DNA from: Macrostomum lignano
Lineage: Eukaryota
DNA length: 64,000 bases
Assembly (NCBI GenBank): GCA_002269645.1
Contig: NIVC01003153.1
Span: forward strand, 52,346-116,345
Direction of reading: 5' to 3'
The translations under genes were made by a program, and so were the position numbers. The notes beneath the pieces are model-generated. The model had not been told where the DNA came from. It worked only from the letters and a program-made list of their open reading frames with translations, and did no database searches. Positions 12,101 to 22,600 of this stretch are shown piece by piece (within the stretch, counting starts at the first letter, position 1; each line of letters starts with the position of its first letter).

Positions 12101-15100
12101 GGCCTTCAACCGAGACCGGCTCAACCACCTCGGGCCCAACCCGTCCCTGGACGACGTTTGCCGGCCCGAGAACATCCCACGGCTCATCCGGTTCCTCCGG
12201 GCCACCAAGCGAGCCTCCGTCTTCCCCACCGAAGACAACGCTGTAGACAGGACCGGCAGACCTCCCTGACCGGCCCCGCGCCCTAGCCTATGCGGGTCTT
12301 TCAGGGATTAGCGGAATGGGCGACGCTCGCCTCCCCGCTGCGTCTTCGGACCGCCCTGCAGCTAAGTCAAGTAAGTCAAGCGGTAAGGAAGGCCACATCG
12401 CCCGCCGGTGCCCTGCTGGCGGATCTCAGGGCCAAGGTCGCTGCTTCAACTGCTCCGGCTGGGGCCACAGCGCGGCTGTCTGTCCGTCAAAGGCTCGGCC
12501 GTCGGGAAACTTCTGAGGGTTGGCAGCGAAGGGCCAGCTCCAACCCGTCAATCAAGTGCCCAATCTGCACTCTCAATCTTCGTGCGTGCGCTTCTGCAAG
12601 GCAAGGAGGTCAGTTTCTTGCTCGACACTGGCGCACAGACATCCTTGATCAGCCGCAGCCTCGCGCAAGTCTGCGGCCTTCAGATCGAGCCCGGTGGAAG
12701 CTGCTGCCCGACTTCGGTCGATGGTGGCCGCCTGAGTTGCATCGGGATTGCCCGAGCCACAATTCAAGTCGGCCAGTCAGTCAAGGTTGTCCATCAGCTC
12801 AACGTGGTGGAGAACATCAGTCTGGATCTCATCCTCGGCATGGACTTCATCACCCGAACCACCCGAGAGCTTCAGATCGACATCGTTGGTAGGACCGTAT
12901 GCCTCAACGGAGAGAAAGTCCCGTTCTTAAACAGCAGCTCAAGCGTCCGAATGGTGACCGGCACCCTCGTTGCTCGAGTGGAAAGCAACACAAGTGTTCC
13001 AGCACGAAGCGAAAAGCTGGTGTGGCTCCGCGTCAAGTCGGAAGACGAGCAAGGCATCTTCGAGCCCGACGCCAACTTTACCCAAGCGACTGGTTTGCTT
13101 GTCTCGAGAGTTTTGACCGTTTCAGCTGATCAGAAGATTCCAGTCCGGGTGTGCAATTTAGGCTCCGAGGAGGTGCTACTCTACGCCAACAAGGCCGTCG
13201 GCTCTTTTGAAGCTGCCGACCTGATCAACAACAGCGCTGGCACAGTCAAGCAGTTGGACTGCTGGGTTGTCAACCCTGACTTGGATGCGGCTGACAGGCA
13301 GAGACTACTGGCACTACTCAAGGCGAACGGTGACCTGTTCAGCACTCACGAGTACGACCTTGGCTCCACCGCGCTGCTGAAACATCGTATCGAGCTGCAG
13401 CCCGGCACGCAGCCCTACAAGCAGCGCCAGCGACCGATTCCGCTGCCGGTTCGTGACCAGGTCGACCAGAAAATTGGCCAGATGCTGGAGCACGACATCA
13501 TTGAGCCGTCCAACTCGCCCTGGGCCAGCAATCTTATCGTCGTCCGGAAAAAGAGCGGCGACATCCGCCTATGCACCGACTGGCGTCAGTTGAACGCTGT
13601 GACCATCAAGGACGCCTACCCCCTGCCGCACCTGCAACAATCGATGGATGCTCTGGCGGGCTGCTCTTGGTTTACCACCATCGATTGCAAGCAGGGGTTC
13701 AACCAGGTCGTGGTCGACGAGGCAGACCGCTACAAGACTGCTTTCTATTCCACACGAGGCCTTATGCAGTTCAAGAAGATGGGCTTCGGTATGTGCAACT
13801 CTCCTGCGACCTTCCAGAGGCTAATGGAGCTCGTTATGTCCGGCCTGACCTGGGAGGAGGTGCTAGTCTACGTGGACGACTTGATCGTGTTCAGTCGGAG
13901 CTTCGAAGAGCATCTGGCCAGCCTGCGCAAAGTTTTCGACCGGCTGCGAGCTGCGGGACTGAAGCTCAACAAGGACAAGTCGGTGTTCGCTCACAGGAGC
14001 GTGAAGTACCTGGGCCACATCGTCAGCCGGGAAGGAATTCGGCCGGATCCGGACAAAGTGGAGGCCCTGGCCAAGATTCAGTCACCAAGCTCTGCCGAGG
14101 AGGTGCGACGATTCATCGGCATGTTGTGCTTCTATCGCAGATTCATCAGGGACTTCAGCAAGACAGCGGCACCACTGCATGCCGCAACACAGAAGACGGG
14201 CTTCACCTGGACAGACGAGTGCGAGACGGCCTTCCAGACGCTCAAGGAGCAACTTGGGCGAGCACCTGTGCTTCGCCTGCCGGACTTCCGCCGACCATTT
14301 GTCCTGAGCTGCGACGCCAGCGCCTTCGCAGTGGGTGCGGTTCTCTGCCAGCGTTACGGAGACGCGGAGCTTCCAGTGGCATTTGCCTCCAGGACCCTCA
14401 ACAAGGCGGAACGAAATTACTCGGCCACTGACAGGGAACTGCTCGCCTTGGTTTGGAGTCTCAAGCACTTCAGAGCCTACCTGTGCAACGTGAGAGACTT
14501 CACTGTGTTTACCGATCACCAGCCGCTCAAGGGCCTGCTGCAGACCAAGGAGCCAGAGGGTCGGCTGGCACGTTGGCTCGACACCATCCAGCAGTTCAAT
14601 TTCGCGCTCTGCTATCGGCCAGGGCGGGAGAACGTGGTGCCAGACGTGCTCAGTCGGACGGCTGTCACTCAACTGGCAAATCGCGATGACTTCCTGGCAG
14701 AGCAGCTCCGAGACAGCCTTCTGCAGAATGTCTTCAAGGCGATCAGTGACGGCTTCGTCCACCTGTCCAAAGGCTGTCGGCAGCGAGTCGAAGAATTCCT
14801 AGCAAATGGCGACATCCAGATCGGGCAACACGGTGAGCTGGTCCGGCAGGGCAAACCGGTGGTGCCCAGTCACCTGCGTGCGCAGTTCCTGGCTGACGCG
14901 CACGACGCCGCCTGCAGCGGTCACCTCGGCACAGACCGAACGCTGGACAAGCTCGCCGACCGCTGCTGGTGGCCGGGCATGCACAACGACGTCAAGAACT
15001 GGGTCGCCAGCTGCGCCGCTTGTCTTCGGCGGAAGAACAGCAGTCGGCCGCAGCGAGCACCACTGCAAGCGACTCCACTGCCGTCGAGGCCATGGGAGAT

Positions 15101-16630
15101 GGTCCAGATCGATATCAAGGGTCCGCTGCTAAGGACACCACGAGGCAACAGTTACGTGCTGAGCATTGCATCTGTGACTGCTTCTCAAAGTGGATGGAGA
15201 CCTGCGCTCTACCAAGCATCGAGGCTGAGCGGGTGGCCGACGCTCTGGTCAGGCAGGTAGCGCTTCGGCACGGCGTCCCAGACGCAATCCACAGCGACCA
15301 AGGGCGTCAATTCGAAAGCCATCTGTTCCAGTCCCTGTGCCAGCGGCTCGGCATGCAGAAAAGCCGCACTTCGCCTTTCCATCCTAGCGGCAACGGCCTG
15401 GTTGAGCGCGGAAACCGAACCCTTGGTGACATGCTAGCGACGGTTGTGGCAGAGGATCAGGACGACTGGGACCTCCAACTTGCCTTCGTCACGCGGGCCT
15501 TCAACAGCTCGGTGCACTCGACCACGGGCCTGTCGCCGTACCAGACGCTGCACGGATGGCCACCAAGGCTGCCAATCGACTCCAAGCTGCCCAAAGCATC
15601 GGATGGCTTCACTGATGCGCTGGACTTTGCAGAGGCGACTCAGAGGCGCCTGCTGGACAGCCGGGCGCGTGTCCATCAGCAGCTGCAGGCGTCGCAGACC
15701 GAGCGCAACGAGCGGTACAACATGGAGACTCGGTTCCGGCCGTACAAAGAGGGCGACTTGGTGATGCTGAGCTGCAAGGTGGTGAAACCTGGCAGATCAA
15801 AAAGCCTCAGTAACCGCTGGACCGGGCCGTACATCATCCTGAAGAGGCTCGGCGAGGTCAACTACCGAGTGCGGCCGGCCTCGGGTCCCGGCGTGCGGAT
15901 GCGACGCAGGCAGGTGGTGCACCACGACCGGCTCAAACCATTTGTGGAACGGCGCAACTCCTTACGGCCCGGCGACGACCTGCAGGCTACCGCAGACGAG
16001 ACTGCTGACGGACTGGTGGACCCTCAGCTCCAGGCGCCTGATGCCTGGGTGCAGCTGTTCGACGGTAACGGCGGACCGGATGAGACAGCGACCGAGACCA
16101 ATCAGCAAGAGGCTCAGCTGCCGAGACGGTCGGCCAGAGAGCAAAGACCTCCTGATTTTTATCGCCCAATGTGAATGCTTGATTTTCTGTGAACTTTTGC
16201 CATAGACATTGTGTTGCGTCTTTTAAACCCGGGGGGAAGTGGTGTGAGCATTCTATGCACCTAAATATTCTAATGTTGTTCGTAGTCCTATTTGTACGTG
16301 CTTGCGTTTGGGGGGGTGGTTGTTTGCAACGTGCGGCTGCGCCCGTGTGTGTGCAACACCCAAACCCCACCTCAATCTTCGGCTTATAAAATATATCGAT
16401 TGTCAGGCCTGAGCGCCAAGTCGGTTTTCTCACAATCTCAAACCTCGCTCGTTTTACAGAATGGAGACTAACTGACTAACTAACTAACTGACTGACTAAC
16501 TGACTGACTGACTGACTAACTGACTGACTAACTAACTGACTGACTAACTGACTGACTAACTGACTAACTGACTGACTAACTAACTGACTAACTGACTGAC
16601 TGACTAACTAACTGACTAACTGACTAACTG

Positions 16631-16685
<55 letters not shown>

Positions 16686-19600
16686 GACTAACTGACTGAC
16701 TGACTAACTAACTGACTAACTGACTAACTAACTGACTGACTGACTAACTGACTAACAACTGACTAACTAACTAACTAACTTACTGACTGAATGACTAACT
16801 AATTAACTGACTGACTGACTAACTGACTGACTGACTAACTGACTAACTGACTAACTGACTAACTGACTGACTGACTGACTGACTAACTAACTAACTGACT
16901 AACTAACTGACTAACTGACTAACTGACTGACTAACTGACTAACTAACTGACTAACTGGTTACCCCAATCGGGACAATAAAATGGGGGCAGAGAAGCTACA
17001 GGGCCGCAGAGTTTGCTCTGGTAGATAGGTAGATAGATATAAAAGGACCAGTAGGCATTCGGGAGGGAGGATTATCAGGCGATCCAGAACAGCATCCCAT
17101 GCACTCTACTAACAGTAAGTGTGCATAACAACCAGAAATGCGTTACCAAGGATGGCGAAGTGAAGAGCTGCACAGACAGCTGAGCAATAGAGTCCTCCTG
17201 ATGATGCATGTCCACGCAGAATCTCTCAAATATTTGCTCCTGATTCACAGCGTACAGAGCGGCAATCTGGCGCTTGTAGTTGGCCTTCATCAGCAGCGAC
17301 TTGATCAGCATCTCGATAAAGGATTTGCGAGCTGCTTTCCACAGGTGATCGGTGTGCACCAGCAGGTAGTACACCAGAGGCTGCCCTGGTGCCCATTCGG
17401 TGCCGGGAAAGTTATCAACGGGGGCCAGAAGGCTTTGGCAGAACAGCTCGTGCAGACCGTCTGGAAAATGTGCAGGCCTTGCGTGAAATACCAGCATGTA
17501 CAATGCACTGACCAGAATCATGTACAATGCACTGACCAGAATCATGTACAATGCACTGACCAGAATCATGTACACTGCACTGACCAGAATCATGTACACT
17601 GCACTGACCAGAATCATGTACAATGCACTGACCAGAATCATGTACAATGCACTGACCAGAATCATGTACAATGCACTGACCAGAATCATGTACAATGCAC
17701 TGACCAGAATCATGTACAATGCACTGACCAGAATCATGTACAATCAACTGACCAGAATCATGTACAATGCACTGACCAGAATCATGTACAATGCACTGAC
17801 CAGAATCATGTACAATGCACTGACCAGAATCATGTACAATCAACTGACCAGAATCATGTACAATGCACTGACCAGAATCATGTACAATGCACTGACCAGA
17901 ATCATGTACAATGCACTGACCAGAATCATGTACAATCCACTGACCAGAATCATGTACAATGCACTGACCAGAATCATGTACAATGCACTGACCAGAATCA
18001 TGTACAATCAACTGACCAGAATCATGTACAATGCACTGACCAGAATCATGTACAATCCACTGACCAGAATCATGTACAATGCACTGACCAGAATCATGTA
18101 CAATGCACTGACCAGAATCATGTACAATCCACTGACCAGAATCATGTACAATGCACTGACCAGAATCATGTACAATGCACTGACCAGAATCATGTACAAT
18201 CAACTGACCAGAATCATGTACAATGCACTGACCAGAATCATGTACAATGCACTGACCAGAATCATGTACAATGCACTGACCAGAATCATGTACAATCAAC
18301 TGACCAGAATCATGTACAATCAACTGACCAGAATCATGTACAATCCACTGACCAGAATCATGTACAATTCACTGATCCCAAATCATGTACAATGCACTGA
18401 CCAGAATCATGTACAATGCACTGACCAGAATCATGTACAATCAACTGACCAGAATCATGTACAATCCACTGACCAGAATCATGTACAATTCACTGATCCC
18501 AAATCATGTACAATCCACTGACCAGAATCATGTACAATGCACTGACCAGAATCATGTACAATGCACTGACCAGAATCATGTACAATCAACTGACCAGAAT
18601 CATGTACAATGCACTGACCAAAATCATGTACACTGCACTGACCAGAATCATGTACAATGCACTGACCAGAATCATGTACAATGCACTGACCGGAATCATG
18701 TACAATGCACTGACCAGAATCATGTACAATGCACTGACCAGAATCATGTACAATCAACTGACCAGAATCATGTACAATCAACTGACCAGAATCATGTACA
18801 ATCCACTGACCAGAATCATGTACAATTCACTGATCCCAAATCATGTACAATCCTCTGACCAGAATCATGTACAATCCACTGACCAGAATCATGTACAATT
18901 CACTGATCCCAAAACATGTACAATGCACTGATCCCAAATCATGTACAATGCACTGACCAAAATCATGTACAATGCACTGACCAAAATTATGTACAATGCA
19001 CTGATCCCAAATCATGTACAAACTCACCAGACTGCTTAATAAGCTGGCCCAGCCAGCTCAGCAGGTACAAGCACATTGATTGATAAGCGAACGACACTGA
19101 GCGGACAGGGTAGCAACCGAGCTCGAAGCCGCTGGACTCCCTGATGGTGCCGCGAATCTCTGAGCACAGCTTCTTGGCTGAGGCCCAGTCGGACAAGCTT
19201 ACAACGCTTCGACCGTCGTTATCAACCACAGTGGCAAAGTGATTGGCATCGTGCTCATCGACGCCCAGGCACTGGGTCAGCGTGTTGATTACCTGGTTGC
19301 GATGCAAGTTTTATTTATGGATAGCTATGGATAGCATAAGGCCTGAGTTGTTTTGTCTGTTGTTACATAGACATGTAAATTCCGGATGCCATTTATTTCA
19401 AAGACCCCTAAATTTCTGATGCCATTTGTCACATTGACCCCTAAATTTCTGATGCCATTTGTCACATTGACCCCTAAATTTCTGATGCCATTTGTCACAT
19501 TGACCCCTAAATTTCTGATGCCATTTGTCACATTGACCCCTAAATTTCTGATGCCATTTGTCACATTGACCCCTAAATTTCTGATGCCATTTGTCACATT

Positions 19601-22600
19601 GACCCCTAAATTTCTGATGCCATTTGTCACATTGACCCCTAAATTTCTGATGCCATTTGTCACATTGACCCTTATGTTTCTGATGATATTTCGCCTGAAT
19701 CGAACTCTCTCTTACCTGCGGATAGCTGTGAACTTCATCATTGTACAGCACAGAGGCGTATTGCCCGCCAGCCTCAGCGTCAGACTCGGAGGTATCCGTG
19801 CGCTCGCCGTGTGGCAGCCAGCGGCGCAGCAGATTAAGATCCACCTCATCCAAGCGGTCTACGTTGCTTGGCAACCGGATACGATACTCCAGCAGGGTCA
19901 GGTGCAGGGCTAGCTGCAGTACCTGCAATATTCAATGCGTAAGATTACATTGATTGGTAGAAGTACTGCTAATCATCATTAAGGAGTTATCAATTCCTAG
20001 ATTCACGATTCAGATCCAAACAAAAGAAGCACTTAATTATTTTCTCAATACTCTTAGATCAAATCGTTATTACAACTAAACTCCCATTTTTTTAAATCCC
20101 AAACTAAATTAGAAAAATTACAAACTATATGAGCGTACTATCTTCCACTTCGGATCACCAATCCAATCCTTTAGGATCCCCAATCCCATTCTTTAGGATC
20201 CCCAATCCCATTCTTTAGGATCCCCAATCCAATCCTTTAGGATCCCCAATCCCATTCTTTAGGATCCCTAATCCCATTCTTTAGGATCCCCAATCCAATC
20301 CTTTAGCATCCCCAATCCCATTCTTTAGGATCCCCAATCCCATTCTTTAGGATCCCCAATCCAATCCTTTAGGATCCCCAATCCCATTCTTTAGGATCCC
20401 CAATCCCATTCTTTAGGATCCCCAATCCAATCCTTTAGGATCCCCAATCCAATCCTTTAGGATCCCCAATCCCATCCTTTAGGATCCCCAATCCAATCCT
20501 TTAGGATCCCCAATCCAATCCTTTAGGATTCCCAATCCCATCCTTTAGGATCTTTAATCCCATCCTTTAGGATCCCCAATCCAATCCTTTAGGATCTTTA
20601 ATCCCATCCTTTAGGATCCCCAATCCAATCCTTTAGGATCCCCAATCCCATCCTTTAGGATTCCTAATCCAATCATTTAGGATCCCCAATCCCATCCTTT
20701 AGGATCCCGAATCCAATCCTTAAGGATCCCCAATCCCATCCTTTAGGATCCCCAATCCCATTCTTTAGGATTCTTAATCCAATCCTTTAGGATCTTTAAT
20801 CCCATTCTTTAGGATCCCCAATCCAATCCTTTAGGATCCCCAATCCCATCCTTTAGGATCCCCAATCCAATCCTTTAGGATCCCCAATCCTATCTTTTAG
20901 GATCCCAAATCCCATCCTTTAGGATTCCTAATCCTATCTTTTAGGATCCCAAATCCCATCCTTTAGGATCCCCATTCCGATCATAAGATCCCCAATCCCA
21001 CAACAAAATCCCCATTTCCATCATAAAATCTCCAATCCCACAACAAAATGCACAATCCCACAACAAAATCCCCATTTTCATCATAAAATCCCCAATCCCA
21101 CCACAAAATACCCAATCCCACAACAAAATCCCCAATCCCATCAAGTGTCAGCGAGCGGACAGACCTGATTGCAGATTGCGCGAAAGCGATCTGCCATGCC
21201 AGCCGGCAGTTTTTCGACGGGGGACACGGGGGCGCCCGACTGACTGCCGGCTTGCCGCTCGTGCAGGGAGCACCGGTGATAGCGCTTGAACGCTTCGGGA
21301 TCGCCGCAATCGCAGTAGCCGCCGTTGCCCGAGGACAGGTGCATCTGCGGTTTGTTTAATGAGGTATTGAGGTGTTAAATTTAAGCCTAGTGACGTGGGC
21401 CTGCCATGGCACCCATATTTTAGAGCATGGCAACTATATTGTATACAATCGTTCCCATATTTATAACATGTGACAATCACATACCCTGGTATTTTACAGT
21501 TTGGCAACCATACGTCTTGTATAGCATGGCAATTATCTCGTGTCACATAGCAGCCAATATTGCACGCTATGGCAAGACAAGCTTATTGAAGGAAGCTAGG
21601 TATAGTTTCAAAATTAACAGGCGGATTCTGTACAATAAATATCACCCCAAAATACAGTATGGTTGCCAAGGTACACAATATGGTTTCCAAGGTACACAAT
21701 ATGGTTTCCAAGGTACACAATATGGTTGCCAAGGTACACAATATGGTAGCCATGGGACACAATGTGGTTGTCAAGGGACACAATATTGTTGCCATGGGAC
21801 ACAATATGGTTGTCAAGGGACACAATATGGTTGCCATGGGACACAATATGGTTGTCAAGGGACACAATATTGTTGCCATGGGACACAATATGGTTGTCAA
21901 GGGACACAATATTGTTGCCATGGGACACAATATGGTTGTCAAGGGACACAATATTGTTGCCATGAGACACAATATGGTTGTCAAGGGACACAATATTGTT
22001 GTCATGGGACACAATATTGTTGCCAAGGGACACAATATGGTTGTCAAGGGACACAATATGGTTGTCAAGGGACACAATATTGTTGTCATGGGACACAATA
22101 TGGTTGTCAAGGGACACAATATGGTTGCCATGGGACACAATATGGTTGTCAAGGGACACAATATGGTTGCCATGGGACACAATATGGTTGTCAAGGGACA
22201 CAATATTGTTGTCATGGGACACAATATGGTTGCCATGGGACACAATATGGTTGTCAAGTGACACAATATTGTTGCCATGGGACACAATATGGTTGTCAAG
22301 GGACACAATATTGTTGCCATGGTACACAATATGGTTGTCAAGGGACACAATATGGTTGCCATGGGACACAATATGGTTGTGTCACACAGTAAACCACAGT
22401 ATGGTTGTGTCAAGGGACACAATATTGTTGCCATGGGACACAATATGGTTGTCAAGCGACACAATATGGTTGCCATGGGACACAATATGGTTGTCAAGGG
22501 ACACAATATGGTTGCCATGGGACACAATATGGTTGTCAAGGGACACAATATTGTTGTCATGGGACACAATATGGTTGCCATGGGACACAATATGGTTGTC

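Larger units (their letters stand above)
6546..12379 (+). mobile_element. Full-length non-LTR retrotransposon, I group (LOA/R1-like) with RNase H
   Basis: TSD GCGGTAAGGAA(G) at 6535-6545(6) and 12380-12390(1); ORF1 + ORF2 (APE, RT, RNase H, CCHC-like); 3' tail (TAAGTCAAG)2. Confidence 0.95.
5661..16458 (+). mobile_element. Ty3/Gypsy LTR retrotransposon in UBR intron 6 (antisense to host gene), interrupted by a non-LTR element
   Basis: LTRs 5661-5835 and 16240-16458, differing only by one G in a homopolymer over the shared 175 bp; PBS; PPT GGGGGGAAG 16231-16239; gag, then PR-RT-RH-IN order. Confidence 0.95.

Noticed and set aside
13571-14762. Long overlapping and antisense ORFs within the retrotransposons
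   Set aside because: Expected shadow ORFs of GC-rich pol coding sequence; no independent motifs.
17138-18931. Long repeat ORFs (HVQCTDQN, MYNALTRI, IVHDSGQC)
   Set aside because: Translation artefacts of the 24-bp array in UBR intron 5.
21427-22392. 321-aa G/Q/Y/C-rich ORF (GTQYGCQ repeats) resembling a keratin-associated or cement protein
   Set aside because: It is the stop-free frame of a 21-bp intronic minisatellite, antisense to UBR, and other frames on both strands are open too.
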